The notes: a model not told the origin generated them from the sequence alone. A stretch of 64,000 bases of DNA from Botryllus schlosseri (GCA_051294905.1 CM119371.1:11534001-11598000); one strand, 5' to 3'; shown: positions 12,708 through 26,650, counted from the first letter of the stretch. Program-made: numbers and translations.

Positions 12708-13745
12708 TAGGATGCTGTGAACATGAGGCTTACGTTCGCGTTTTGTGTGTGAACCTCTGAAGTTTGGGATTCGCGTTCAAAAACGAACCTTGGTAGATTA
12801 TAAACTGTGAACCTTTTTATGTATTACAATTTTTCACGTCATTATAACGTCTTTAGTTTATTTTTTAATTTCAACTTTGGACTACTCTCTGCGTGGTGCT
12901 GTCAGCATGGAATGAAATTCAGCACTTAAACCAGCATGGACCTAGCCAATTTTGAAAAATTATTTGCTCGAAAGTTTGCTCGGAACATTCAGCTTTCCGT
13001 TTGTACATCTTTGGTGACTCTGTACTGCCCGCAATCACACAGTAGCAAGAACAAAGCACACTACCTGTAGGATATCTGTGAATTGTGCTTAGTCAACCAA
13101 TTATCTGCATCGTAGAAATTAATATCCGGAATGCATCGATGTCTAATCTATCGTACGCACGGGATTGATCTTGATTTGATAGCCTTGATAGCTTTGATAG
13201 CTTTTTTTAGCCAACCAACTATTAACCCGGCATAGATTTACCGATTTTCCGGATTTTACTCCGGTATTGTAATGTCTGAAAATTTTGAAAAAGTATTGTC
13301 TTTTCACATTCCCAAAATATGGGAACCCTACTATATACTGTATAACCTGTTTTAGAGATAATATCTGGCGCAAGCATAGAAACCGGTGTTTCACTCATAA
13401 GAATACATCCATCCAGTCTAACTGAGTCCTCGTCGAGATTGTTGGCTAACCGACGGACGATATTGATTTTGTGGAATTATTATAGCATTTGATTGTTCGA
13501 GTTGATACATTAGGTATGACGTTTAAAAAGTCAGCATTTACTTCAGCATTGCACATAATATGGCCTGAGTCATCGTTAGTTATCATGCGCATTAATATAT
13601 TACTTAACGAAAGTGTAGGTAGGGTTGCAATTAGCAACATGAGGTCACCTGACGCCATAGGTTCACGTTCGCGTCCACACAGAACCTTTCAAAATGGTTC
13701 GCGGTCACACGAACCATGACCTTCCAGAGGTTCGCGTCATCCCTA
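12708..13745. mobile_element. Second, inverted copy of the TAGGGATG hAT family
   Basis: Degenerate TIRs; TSD CTATTTAT/CTATTTCT; internal segments reverse-complementary to 10583-12474. Confidence 0.75.
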
Positions 13746-14058
13746 CTATTTCTGAGAGTATTTAGTTTCCATCTGACATATGGATTTGTTCGTAAAAACA
13801 TGAGAGCCTTATAAACACACTATTACCCTTGTACGAAGCCACACATATAACACAGGATACTGCTCCTACACTTCGACCGCAAAACTAGATTTGAAATATT
13901 CCCAACCAAGGATTCAGTCAAGTGCTAGTGGCGTTTCGTAGGAGTTTTTCTTTTACTACCCTATTCAACAACGGATAATAAGTCGAAGAAAATCGCACTT
14001 AACCAGGGATCACATTATATATAATCATCACAAGGGATAAAGGCCAAATGATCTAGAG

Positions 14059-14835
14059 CAGTGGTTCTCAACTGTGGACTTTTTCACAGGGTCCGCGAAA
14101 TCTCCAAATTAGAAAAATGGTTGATACCCTAATTTGTAATTTTTAATTGGAAAAACCACAAGGCAGTTTCGCTTCATAACTGCTAAATCTTCAGGACTCC
14201 AGACAAACAGAATGGCTTTCTGAGATGAAATATTAGACTGTGCCCACTCAACCTAATTGCAAAATTGCCGATAGCCTGCTGATACAAATATGTTGCTGTT
14301 TAGAGATGTTTTGTTGGGGTTTTGGAAAAAAATTGTTTGTACAAATCCATTTTCCTCTATGATATACATCATCGCCATTCCAGAATAACTTCCAGATGAG
14401 CTGCCAGACAGAAATGACTAGGCTGGACGGTATATGTTCATTAGAAATCATATTCTCGATGTTGGTGCCATACATGGTGTGATTATACCGAAAGATGTCA
14501 TTGGAAGCGTTACGCACTGCCACCCGGTATCTTTGCGTAAATGGCTTCGTTCAAATCAAACCGGCACACGATCAGGAAATGCATCTACAGAATTCGCTTT
14601 AAAATAATAATAGAAGTATTTCCAAGTTTTACAAAATTAGATATGATGTTATTTTGAAGAAAAGTCATTTTGATGCATTTATCATCAGCTTGCACTTAAT
14701 AATTGCTCAAGACAGGTGAAGGTTATACGATAACTGAGCTATATTTGAACTATAACTTAGTGTGTGGGGATGGGGCCGCGGGGGTCCACGACAGTCCAAA
14801 GGGGGCCGCGAAGACAAAAAGATTGAGAATCATAG
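14059..14835. mobile_element. hAT/Charlie MITE
   Basis: CAGTGGTTCTCAA / TTGAGAATCATAG; TSD ATCTAGAG/ATCTAGTG. Confidence 0.8.
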
Positions 14836-14850
14836 ATCTAGTGGTCTCAC

Positions 14851-15182
14851 AGCATGCGGAATAGTATGATCGTTTATCAAGTCGTGAATCAAGAGTTCCA
14901 TTTCAGGTGACGGCGTGGGAACGTAGTTTGCGATTGTGAATCTCTGTACCTAAATAAGAGCGAATGTATATCATAAATGTCAAAATGTATATTCCACAAT
15001 CGGGAAAGCACACTCACTGCTAAATCGCCGTGCCCTTGTTGTAAGGCTTCCAAATTAGGAACACACTTCAAATGAAGGCTGCAAGATATTTTGGAAACAT
15101 TGGATTTCCGAATGCTCGTGCCGAAATCGCGCCAGTCCTTCTGCCGAAAACTTCGATATTCTTCAAATACTATCGCTTTTAC
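14851..15182 (-). CDS. Probable further phase-0 exons of the same gene (15018-15182, 14851-14949)
   Basis: ttcag|VKAIVFEEY...GHGDLA|GTGAGT (165 bp), a 68-bp intron, then tttag|VQRFTIANY...TIPHA|GTGAGA (99 bp). Both are open and multiples of 3; linkage to the NLR is inferred. Confidence 0.55.
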
Positions 15183-16633
15183 CTGAAATGCAGATTTAAT
15201 ACTTCAACGAAAGGAGTTACTCAGACCTTTCATTTCGTGTCCCACGCGAACTAGTTTTCAGATGTTTTGAAATATATTACTTCTTTTTATAATTGGGTAG
15301 AAGTGTAGGTCGTTACTTGTGCTACTTGAGAAGCAACGCCAATCCCTTCGACAAACTCTATTACGGCGAATCAGAAATCACCAAATCGTAAGCTGTTTGT
15401 ATTTAGAACTGCCATTTAATCCTGCAAAACACTAGGAAAAAACTCGAAACCATATAAAAACATCACTAGAAATTAACCAATGCTCATCTCTGGCTCTCTT
15501 CCAGCATAGAACACATGGTATTTGGTGTAGGACACAAAATGTCCTATGTCGAGACAGATCGACTATCCTAGAACCGATGCACATATAGTTCTATTGTGAA
15601 GTAATACGCACTTCCGGTTTCGTGTTGAGCTGTTAGTAAGCAGTCTCCATTCATCTGGTTGTCTATATAAGACAATGCATAAGAAGCCATTTATACCATG
15701 GCAATAAACCAAAAGAAATGAAGCGTTCGAAAACAGCTTCCCTCGATTCCGATAAAATGTAACAGAATATGTAAACTGGAGAAGAAGAATTAGCATGATG
15801 AGTACAGGCGTAGATTGATGATGATAAATTCTTTCAAGTCATCATGATAAGCCCTTTTTTCGTTGGAAAAGCAGACATCCTGTTTCTTCTAATGCAGTGG
15901 TTCCCAGCCTGTGGTACGCATACCACTAGAGGTACGCGAAGGTCTTCCAGGTGGTACGCGAGTAGATTCTGTTTTCTTCGACCGATGAGAGTAATTAGTT
16001 CAGTTTAGGTTGATTTTGAGTTTTTTGAAGCCGTCGTCTCACGCTATTCCCCAGCTGCTAATTTTCCCTTATACATGGGGCGAGCAAGGATTTTCATCCC
16101 TGATGACTCTCAAGTCGCAGAGACGAAACCGATTTGTTGCGTCCATACATGACTTTCGATGCGCTGTAAGCAAACGTATGCCACGCATCGACAAGCTAGT
16201 GAAAAATAAACAAATGCAGCCATCGCATTAAATAAATTAACTTTTGTTGTGTGTTTTTATTTCATTATGTTGTTTTTCTTGTCACTGGTGGTGAAAAAAA
16301 CAATTGCATACATCCCATCAACCTTGGCTGATAATGCCTAGTTCAGGGGTGTCAAACTCAAATTGCATCGCGGGTCGTATCGAAGTCATGAAATCGCTCG
16401 CGGGCCGGTCCAGTAAACGGAATCCAAAATGTTGCCTCGTGCCATTGCTTCTCGATGGAAACAAGCATATAGATAATACACTCATTCTAGCGAGTCGCAA
16501 CACCAATATTTGCGAGCAATGAAATTGGCGAAAATACGATGTTTGTCCGGTTGAATACAGTTAAGAACCGCTAAGACAATGGCATTACCGGCGATACAAG
16601 TAGTCATATTTCAGTGCACCCTTTGCTTTAGTC

Positions 16634-18138
16634 CAGGGGTGGCCAGCCTGCGGCCGTAAGAGGGAATTTGTGCGGCCGTAGACACGCAATTCAATTAGTA
16701 TATGTTGGCGGCCGTCGATATGCAATTCCAATTTACGAATTGACTCCCGATTTCTTGGAAGATTTTAAATAATCTTGAAATTCAATGCAACTACATTTTT
16801 CGATTTTAATATAGTAGCACCCTTTGCAATCAGAGCCCCACAATACAGATGCGAGCATCAGTGTAGATCAGGGCCGGCCAACCCGTGGCCCGCGGGCCAC
16901 ATGTGGCCCGCGAGAAGGTTTTGAGTGGCCCGCGAGGTAATTTCCGAAATTTCTAATATCAAAAATGGATTGCACAGATTGTGAACTTGCAAGGCCAACC
17001 AAAAACTTGATTAGTTTCGCCGCAACACTTGAGATGTGATGACTAAAATATCAGTTCCGACGCATTGACAGATTCATCAGCCAGTCCCATATTGGTATAT
17101 CTTCGTACACTACAATAAAGCAGAATAATTTGAGATGGATTTATCAAAAGTAAAAATTTTCTACAAGCTTAGCGCAACATGTTGTCACTCGATTCCTTGT
17201 TTTTAATAGTGTTGCCCTTTTTGTGAAAATGGAAGAACGCCTGATGTATCAGATTGAGTCTAACTATATTCGCGATTACGAGACAAAGTGTCGTTCAACA
17301 TATGCGACCTTGCGTTTGCGCTCGCAGTAAGACCGTTGACTATGAAACCTAGGCACGGAATGATTGACGCATTTTGGTCGCAGCTTTCGATATCGATATG
17401 TCCATGCGCCGAATAGCCCAGTCCTCGCAAACTTAGCCCAGCGATATACGGCAGGCCCGCAATGTAGTCAAGTTACAATATTATTGACCTATGAACTTCA
17501 TAAAATTTTCGCGCTTCGCGCGGTAAGTGGCCCGCGCAATATTTCGTCAATCGAATGTGGCCCTTTGGCTGAAAAGGTTGGCCAGCCCTGGTGTAGATTA
17601 TGCGCCTTACATGGAAATATCAGCTCGGAATCGTGTGCTCCTCACTATACTAACAATCCTGATAGGAGGTCAAGAAATAACAGCATGCTACAAAGTGACT
17701 AATACCAATTATGGCCCACCCGAAGATGCATCATAATTTATAACTTGCTTTAAATTTTTGAAAACACCCCTACATCAACTCTATACCAGTGAATCTGATC
17801 ACACGGGATGAGAAAGGATAAATGTTTTATGGTAATATGTAACACTACTAATATCAATGACGAAATTCGTTGGTGAATCTGAATTATTTTCGCGCTTCAC
17901 GCGACTATGAGCACTTTCTTCCTTAACACTACCAGTGACCACTCGGGATTTTGGTGCGCATAGTAAGCCTACCATTAAATAGATTAGTCCCGAGTTCACC
18001 AGAAATGGACCTAGACACTTTAACCTGGGCATTTGGCGTCCAGCTCGTTCATTACGACTATATGCCCTGGAATGCGGCCGTAGGCTACACAAGTAATCGA
18101 AATGCGGCCGTGAATGGCAAAAAGGTTGGCCACCCCTG
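16634..18138. mobile_element. hAT MITE, nest level 3
   Basis: CAGGGGTGGCCA / TGGCCACCCCTG; TSD CTTTAGTC/CGTTAGTC. Confidence 0.88.
16869..17590. mobile_element. hAT MITE, nest level 4 (innermost)
   Basis: CAGGGCCGGCCAACC / GGTTGGCCAGCCCTG; perfect TSD GTGTAGAT. Confidence 0.92.
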
Positions 18139-20098
18139 CGTTAGTCATAATCTGGCGTTAGCCCTGCGTATGCGTTCTGATGAGTACAAGATATTTAACT
18201 GCCAACGCGGACGTTGTAATTTGGTTTATTAATGTGGATGTGATGGATAATATAATCTTTTTTCAATCTACTCAGAATTTCTATGCGGGCCGAATAAAAT
18301 CGTCTGGCGGGCCGGATCCGGCCCACGCGTCGTATGTTTGACATCCGTTGCTTAGTTTAATAGAATTTATTACACCTCGCATAGGCCAAATACGTGAGTA
18401 TGACGTCATAAACGGTGCAAACGCGCGTAACTTATATAGGTGGTACGCGAGCACTGCATAAAACCTCAAAATGGTACGTTGGTGGAAAAAGGTTGGGAAC
18501 CACTGCTCTAATGTTTCAAAACAAGTTTAAAAGACCACATATTTAGGTCATGTACCGGAGTGAACAATTCTCTTCTATATAAGATACCAACAATGCAATG
18601 TTTGTTGTTTGCAAACTTTTACGTTTTACGCAAGAGCATAGTGTGCCGTCACAAAGTGCATTGACCGATAAGTCTGGAGGATAGTAGGTAGATAATGTAG
18701 GGTAGGGAACTAAATTAGGTACGGAGCTACTAATAACAATCTTTAAATGAAGAGTGGTTTATAAAGATGATAACTGCTACCGACTACAATTTGTTGCATC
18801 TACGTATAAATTTATAGGTCGAAATGAGGCCTTGAACGAAAGAAGATAGAGAACCACTGGATTCAAGTACATCGAACACTCACTCATTCTGTACTACAAC
18901 AAGCCAGGTTTCATGATAGATGATTTTAATAACAATATTTGATCTGTTGCTGTTGTATGCTAACCGTGATGTCGCTAACGAAAGCCGAAATTTGATTAAT
19001 TCACGAAATTGGGAAAAATTCTTCCGGAAGAAATTTGACACAGAATTGAATTCAGCAACGTTAAATTAGCCTAGATCAATCATTAAAATTTCTGGCGCAA
19101 AATTTTTTTCGAAATTTATAGACCAGTGTTATTAGTGCTCGTAAGCCCGTTTGGATGCTTTAGTCAAATATAGTGGTTCTCAAGTTTGTGGTCGTTGGCC
19201 CTTTCCTGGGGTTCGAGAAGATTATGAACTTAATCAACTTACAACATAGGCCGTGAGTAAGTCTGGGCAAAGGTGCTGACCATTTTTTTGGTAATCAGCC
19301 AACTAAATTTTGAGGTGAGCCACGGAACATTTTAAAATTGGAAATGGAGTCACGACCATAAAAAATTGGAAGCTACTGGATGTGCAACCTGCTGGTGCAG
19401 ACCGGCATTTCGGCTCAGAAATATAGTCTTATCCGTATGATATGAACAGTATAATTAGTTTCCCTGCAGTTTCAAACTCATCATCTCAACCAGATCTGCG
19501 GCTAACTTTGATCACGAGGACTGAGAGAGGATAAAAATCTTATAGTGATATATGGAAGAACCAATATTACTGACTGAATTCATTTATAAAATTTAACAAC
19601 CAGATGCATATAGTAAGCCCACCAGAAGTTGCTCCGATCACCATATGGTGTGCCCAGACCAGTCTTTCTTGGGGGCTGTAGTTGGCTTAAAAGTTTTATT
19701 TCGGCCATGGCCACAACACAAAACCACATATCTGCACCGACCTAACAGTATAGCAGGGGGTCAAACACACGGCCGGCGGGTCTGACAATTTCATACGCCC
19801 CGTCAAGAAGTATGTTGCAGACCAAATGAGTATACTAACCCTAGCAATCACCAGAGCTCAAATTCGAGATTGCCCAATAGGCTACGGTAGTTAATTCACG
19901 ACCTATGTTTAAAAATATCCACCCCTGTACACAAGCGATAGGCAAAGCATTGCCAGTGTGACGTCATATGCTCATACGTCTTTTTTATATCAGCTAGGCT
20001 GCGATAAGAGTGTCCGGAATTTAGGCCAAGAAAATATGATAACCCTGAAATAGTATGAATGTCATCAGAACGTATTTTAAGCATAAATTTATATTTAC

Positions 20099-20432
20099 CA
20101 AAACATGATAACCCATTCTATGCACGAGTCGAATATCTTGAAGTTGCAGTGGAATTCTATCCAGCGAACGCAAAGTCACTCTATCTACGGCTTTCGCCTC
20201 AGCGATCCTGGCTGCTTTAACCCAGTTAAGCGCATTAATTTGTCCATTCTAAACATAGACAAATTGAAAGTAACACATATATCATGTCCCATAAAGATTA
20301 ATTTATTATTACTTCCGATAGATCAGGCGACACAACGCAACTTCCGACGATAAATGTTATATTTCGAAATGTTTCTTGCCATAACGCGATGTCCAATGAA
20401 TCACAAGGAGCCTTCAGATATAGTTCTCGGAT
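20099..20432 (-). CDS. NLR repeat cassette 10 (A 20313-20432, B 20099-20248)
   Basis: A=IRELYLKAPCDSLDIALWQETFRNITFIVGSCVVSPDLSE; B=NGQINALNWVKAARIAEAKAVDRVTLRSLDRIPLQLQDIRLVHRMGYHVL. 64-bp intron. Confidence 0.82.
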
Positions 20433-21689
20433 CTGAAAGAAATCATGACAATTATATGTATAGCTTTTTTAGAACAAGTGTTGTCCGAAGCATGTTTCGT
20501 TAATAATGTAACTGAGTGTAGCCTATGCATTGTAATCTCTGACGTTCTGCGTTCGGAATCTCAATGTAGGTATCAGAGTAACATGTAAGGATATTTATTT
20601 ACTTGGCACGTCAATACATGCTTACAAAATTTACATCACTTGTAAGTCTCGTGAGAACATGATACAAATCGACACCAGAAGATCATAACAATTCAAATAC
20701 TTCGGCAAGGATAATATAAAACGATATTTGTAGATTGTTTATGTTTATATATAACGAAGCAAATACAGAGCATATATGTGACCCCTCTGTAATTGTGTAT
20801 GAAGCTTGTCACATATAATAATGGAATTGGTCACTAATGTGAAGTGTATGAGGCAATAATTAACGAGATTCTTGAAGTTGCAGTATGTTGTTGACGAAGC
20901 TACATTGACCGGTATTTACAGAATTTGTCATGCTTATATTTATATAGGCTATTCGGATATTCGAATATGAATTAATATTTGACTTGGGTCATGATTAGTA
21001 GCCTACTTTAATACTACTTATAACGTATGTGTAGTATCCCCAATTCGAAGCGAAGCTCCGATATCTCTACAACCGTTCTGAAATTATAAAATACGCAATA
21101 TTTGTGACATATGTACATTGCACATCCTTGAATTCCGATTCATGCACTGACAAATGGTTCAGATCGGGACACTCACTTGTTATCCAAATAATGTCACTAC
21201 TTGTCATACTAGTGGTGAAGAATAAAATATATTAATATAAAATTAAAGCTCCCTCATCCTTGCTATGCCTTGGCCATTTATTAGTATCGATATACGCTGG
21301 GGGAAAGCATGAGTCCGTTTTCGTTCCAAAGATCCTTCACTTGGATCAACGGACAATATCAAGGCCAAGGGCCTGGAAATCCAATATTTCGATGTAGGCC
21401 ACATACGGCCGCGTGTTTAAGACCACTGATCTAGGCGGCGCCGGAAAGGCAACTGCGTTGACGACCTCTACTTTTTCGAAGAATCAAAAGTTACATACCA
21501 ATACTTTTCGAATAGTTTCCCCGTGTATTCAATAACGTCTGCATACCCGCTAAATATGTCACTGTCGTAGTTCAAGATCCTCGTCAAAGGGAAACATCTA
21601 TTCACCCCCATATAATAGCAACTTATCTAAGATATCTGTAGACTACTCAGTACCTATCATCATATGGAATACCACGACATATCCGTGAA

Positions 21690-22345
21690 TTGCCGTATAA
21701 TCATTTCTAAAAAAGGCTACTCTTCCTACCAGGAAAAATACGCAAGATTTATAGAAATGAGCTTATCGGCGTTGGCCATTACAGCGCCACGACGCACCAA
21801 GACATATACAGTTTTAGGCCATGATGTAACACGCGACTCAACGAAGTGTGCCGGAACGATCGGCAGCGAGAAACCTTGGCCGAAAAGGACTGCCCTGGGG
21901 ACCGAAAACTTCGTTATATATACGAAATACATATAGGTTTATTTGTCCATAGGCACCTAAATGACTGACGCCGAATGTTCCTGTCTTGGTAATCTGAACC
22001 TCACAAGACAAATACCATCCCGCAGAGAAAAATTTGATGCCAGTGAAGAAATACCAATTTGAAATCGTGTGATCTTTTAGTTTAGTACGTTCCGGCGATT
22101 CCATATTTTTTGATATAGCAGACAGGAGGTCACGAAATAACATCATGTAACGAAGTCATACCAACGAGTCCGTCCGTCAGAAGATTTTTAATTATTATTT
22201 ACGGGCTCTACAATTTCAAAGACACCTCACTCAGCTCTACCGCTGGGTATAGAGAGGACAAGAAATTGACAGCAATATATATGCAATTCCCGATCTTATT
22301 GACCGATTTTCATCATGAATTATCAAAAGTTTTCGCGCTTGGCGC
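21690..22345. repeat. Unclassified dispersed repeat; inverted copy at about 31010-31650
   Basis: For example GACAGGAGGTCACGAAATAACATCATGTA versus its reverse complement at about 31220-31247. Confidence 0.75.
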
Positions 22346-23456
22346 TGTTCATCTGAACAGTCCAACTGTAATTTCGTGGCAAAAGCGAACAACGTGATTG
22401 GGGGGGAGATAGTCGGTTTATCACCCTATGGGAGCCCAAGACTCAAGTTTTTGGGGCGTTTGGGCCTGACGAAGTGCTGTTTCGTTCCTGCCAACGGGTA
22501 TACACCCGAAGATGTTCAATTATTATTGGGGGGTCCTACCTTTTCAAGCACACCTTACTCAGCTCTACCGGTAAATCGGATTACGGGAGCAGAGAGAGGA
22601 TAAAAATTGATAGCAATATACAAGCAATACCGATCATATTGACCAATTCAGTCATGAATTATATAAATTTCTCGCGCTTTGCACGATTAAGCAAGCAAAG
22701 CTGACTCACTAAACGGACACTCAATGTGTAAACAGCGTCATATTGACCGATTCAGTCATGAATTATACAAATTTCTCGCGCTTTGCGCGAATATGCAAGC
22801 AAAGCAAGCTCACTAAACGGACCCCCAATGAAAAAACAGCGTATACCAAATGTAAACAGCGTACAGTCTGAGGGGGGTCTGGGAAGGAGGGTCCCCCAGA
22901 AGTTCGGTGTTACCACCCTATGGGGGCCCAAGACCAACGTTTGGGGGGCTGACGAAGTGCTGTTACGGCCCTGTTAGTAATAACATGACTATTCACGATT
23001 TCGGTGCGAAAAGTATAAGCGGATATAAGAGTAAATAGATTAGTCCCGAGTTCACCTGCATTGAGCATGGGTAGATTAACATGGGTATTTGGCCTTCAGT
23101 CAGTTCATTACGACTATGGAGTATGCACTGGCATGCGACCGTAGCCAACATAAGAAATCGAAATGCGGGCGTAAATTGCAAAAAGGTTGGCCACATCTGA
23201 TGAACGATCTATCTTGACCTGATCCGTCGAGGCTTGAGAGATATCTTTAATCGAATTAAATTTGTTTTACAGAAGCAGATAATCTGTTCTTACAGCAGCA
23301 AGTAGCATCCAGCGTATACAACACAGGCAAATTAACAGCAAGCACTAGCGAGCAAACAAACGCATTTATACACCACGTCTTAACCTAACAATCAATCACA
23401 CAATCATTGACCTAATCAAATGAGAGAAACAGAAATACTAAATGAGAGTTCACAGG

Positions 23457-24974
23457 TCATAAGTAATTAAAGCTTCGCAACACTCCTTCTCTTATGACAT
23501 GCGTTATCTCTCGTTCAGGAATACGAGAAATTCCGATTTGCTCCCTCAAATTGCAGAAAGACTGTCGACGTAGCGGCTTTGTAAATATGTCGGCAAGCTG
23601 CTTTTCAGTCGGAACGTATTCGATGTCAATCTTGTTCGCATCGAGCTCGTCTCGGATATATCCAAATTTCACGGCTATATGTTTCGTTGCTTGGTGATTA
23701 ACCGGGTTTCGGCTCATCGCGATCGCGCTTTGGTTGTCTTCAAAGATGGTGATCGGCACTTTGACGCTTTTTCCCATCTCTTCAAATAATTGACGAAGCC
23801 ATGCGGTCTCACGAGCGGCGAGATTGAGTGCGATAAACTCTGCTTCGGCTGTGGCCTGCGCCGTTACTGATTGTTTCTTCGATCTCCAACTAATTGGAGC
23901 ATTTCCCATCAAAATGATGTACCCCGAGGTTGATTTCCTGTCATCACGGTCACCACCGAAATCGGCATCTGCAAAAGCTGTAATAGTGTTAAAACCACTC
24001 TTATAAGTTATACCGTAATCAACAGTTCCTCGAATGTAACGCAATAAACGTTTAATCATTTGCCAATGATATACGGTCAGATCACTGTTGTATTGTGCTA
24101 GTTTAGCCACTGCGAACGCAATGTCGGGTCGAGTATACACCGCCAGATAAAGTAGACTCCCAACAGCAGCTTGATATGTCGACGAATCGAACCTTCTGTC
24201 TGTCGGTTTTGCTTTCTCCAGCACCGCTCCCGAATCCATTGGAGTGGACACAGGCTTACACTCGGACATTCCGAATCGTCCCAGCACACTTTTTGCATAA
24301 CAGTCTTGTCCGATCCAAATACAATCATCTGTCTGCTTGACACGCATACCAAGAAAATGGTGTAACATACCCATATCTTTGACATTGAACATCTTTTGCA
24401 AAGTAGACTTCGTCTTCGCAATTACTTTCTTCGTTTTTCCCGCTAAGAGTATATCGTCAACGTAGACTGCTAATTGTACGTCTCCATCGTCGTAAACGCC
24501 ACTGTAAATACAAGGATCAGATTTCGTTTGTTTAAAGCCCACCTTAATCAATTCCTCGTGTAGAAATTGATTCCAGCATCGCGGTGATTGCTTCAAACCA
24601 TATATGGACTTTCTCAAGAGACAAACCTTATCCGCTTGTTCTTTCTGTACAAAGCCTTCGGGCTGTTTCATATAGATGATCTCGTCCAATCTACCATGTA
24701 GAGAAGCGGTTTTGACGTCCATCTGATGAATTTCCATATTTTCTTCGACTGCCAATGCAACAAACGCTCGAAATGAACTTGCATGAAAGACAGGCGAAAA
24801 GGTTTGTTCGTAGTCTTTTCCGTATCTCTGGGTATTTCCAAGTGCTACAAGTCTTGCTTTGGCACGTGTCGCGTTTCCATTTTCGTCGTATTTATACTTG
24901 AGAACCCATTTATTCCCCAAAATCTTCGCATCGGGTGGAGGATTAACGAGATCCCATACTTTTAAATATTTCAT
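23457..24974 (-). CDS. pol: Copia reverse transcriptase / RNase H
   Basis: KARLVA, QMDVKTA, IYGLKQSPR, YVDD, ADADFGG, EDNQSA, KHI, QLADIFTK. Confidence 0.93.
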   Translation of the reverse strand: MKYLKVWDLVNPPPDAKILGNKWVLKYKYDENGNATRAKARLVALGNTQRYGKDYEQTFSPVFHASSFRAFVALAVEENMEIHQMDVKTASLHGRLDEIIYMKQPEGFVQKEQADKVCLLRKSIYGLKQSPRCWNQFLHEELIKVGFKQTKSDPCIYSGVYDDGDVQLAVYVDDILLAGKTKKVIAKTKSTLQKMFNVKDMGMLHHFLGMRVKQTDDCIWIGQDCYAKSVLGRFGMSECKPVSTPMDSGAVLEKAKPTDRRFDSSTYQAAVGSLLYLAVYTRPDIAFAVAKLAQYNSDLTVYHWQMIKRLLRYIRGTVDYGITYKSGFNTITAFADADFGGDRDDRKSTSGYIILMGNAPISWRSKKQSVTAQATAEAEFIALNLAARETAWLRQLFEEMGKSVKVPITIFEDNQSAIAMSRNPVNHQATKHIAVKFGYIRDELDANKIDIEYVPTEKQLADIFTKPLRRQSFCNLREQIGISRIPEREITHVIREGVLRSFNYL

Positions 24975-25090
24975 CGATGTGATTTCTTAATTTGCAGCTT
25001 CTTTCCACATATCAGAGTGCCCTGACTGGAAGGCTTCTGTCAAGTTTTTCGGTTCATTCAACTGATGAACTGATGCGGGTATCGCATAAG

Positions 25091-25774
25091 TCAGCACTTC
25101 TGGTCTTCGGTTTGCTCGAAATTCTCATTGTAAGCAAGTCTTGGTGGAGGATTTCCTGCATTCCGTCGCGATGATCGACGCACTCCTTCCACTTGTTCAT
25201 TCGTCGGCATTTCTACCAATCGGTTATCCGCTGATTGCTGTTCGTCACTGTTTAATGAAGGATAGATGTATGACGATGTAGGACACTCAGGCTGAGCTTC
25301 AGTCGATTCTCCTTCCTGGCCAAATCGGGATTCATCAAATTTCACGTGTCGCCGAATCAGAACTTCTTTCCTGTCTTCGGACCACAGACGGCAACCTTTG
25401 GATAATAAATCATAACCGATTAAATTGCACACTTCAGCTTTCGGATCAAGCTTTTTCTTCCTTTCACTTTTCTCTATGAAGGCATAGGCTTTACATCCAA
25501 ATATTCTCAAGTGTCTTACATTCGGCTTAGTCCCATGATAAGCTTCAAATGGAGTTTTGTTGTTGAGAGCAACGGTTGGACTTCTGTTCTTCAGATAAGC
25601 GGCTGTCATTATTGCTTCCGCCCACAAGAAACCAGGTAATTTTGCTCCATGAAGCATCGCAGAAGCTCTCTCACAGAGAACTCGGTTCAAGCGTTCCGCA
25701 ACTCCATTTTGCGAAGGACATGACCGTACAGACTGTGTGGATGACAGGATGTCAGGATGAAACTCCTTCTGCAC
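25091..25774 (-). pseudogene. Copia integrase C-terminal part (HHCC and first catalytic residues deleted)
   Basis: QNGVAERLNR, WAEA, YLKNRSP, FGCKAY and KLDPKA are present; the WH-RLGH zinc motif is absent. Confidence 0.85.
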
Positions 25775-26650
25775 AGCGCATGATTTGAGAGTCTTTTCGA
25801 TCTAGCTCTACATCATCGGTATCAGATTCTTCAGTGTCTTTACCAGCTGCACCAGTACGAAAAGAATTGATATCACGATTCAATTCGTCATGATCATCAT
25901 TGGTTTTCAACGGTATCTTCATTTCTTCTTTGTTACAAGGTCGATAATCTAACATGTAGAGACCATTTTTCAGTGATCCAGCTGCAACAATATGACCCTC
26001 GTATCGATCCAAAATTCGAAGCTTCTTCGAGTTGAAAGTAACTTCATACTGATGCCTGGCAACAGCAGCTCGAATCGAGAATAACGTTGTCGATAGGTCC
26101 GGCACATAAAGCGCATTCTGCAAATCTGCAATGCCATATTCTGCGCCATCTCGGAAGATAATTATTCGAAGAGTTCCGATCCCTTCAGAGTAAATCAGGT
26201 TTCCATCGCCTAATTCAATTTCTTCGTGGCAATGTTTCAGGTCGATAAATAATTCTTTCCTGCAACTCATGTGACTAGTTGCACCACTATCACATATTAC
26301 AAATTGTCGATTTCGAGACAAAAATGCTGACGTATGAAGCAAGTAATGTCTTTTGACTCCAGAGATTGATTCAACACGTGGCATGTAATTCTTCGATCCA
26401 AGATTCTTGGAACGCACGACTTCAGATGAATAAAACATCGCATGTTTCGCTGATTTCTTAGTACGATATGCTTGTCTGCGACTATTGCCGTTTTCGTCGT
26501 CGACATAGTTAGCACTTTGACGTTGTCTACTTTCTCGGCGTTTCCTGAATTCACTTCCTTTTCCACGTTCACAAGACACGCGTTTTTCCTCACGTTCTTC
26601 ATTATTTTCAGGACGGTTCCAACAATCCGACATTTTATGACCATACTTTC
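25752..26650 (-). pseudogene. Copia gag end and protease
   Basis: HKMSDCW (second half of the zinc knuckle), DSGATSHM, ALYVPDL. Confidence 0.85.

Larger units (their letters stand above)
16344..18349. mobile_element. hAT MITE, nest level 2
   Basis: CAGGGGTGTCAAAC / GTTTGACATCCGTT; TSD GCCTAGTT/GCTTAGTT. Confidence 0.82.
15895..18505 (+). mobile_element. hAT/Charlie element, outermost of a 4-level nest, with a transposase C-terminal remnant at 16010-16231
   Basis: TIR CAGTGGTTCCCA; TSD TTCTAATG/CTCTAATG. EQGFSSL..LKSQRRNR...PRIDKLV...QPSH is typical of Charlie/Buster C-termini. Confidence 0.9.

Noticed and set aside
15316..15421. An eleventh cassette exon A
   Set aside because: Splice-like boundaries are present, but all three frames contain stops and the unit motifs are missing.
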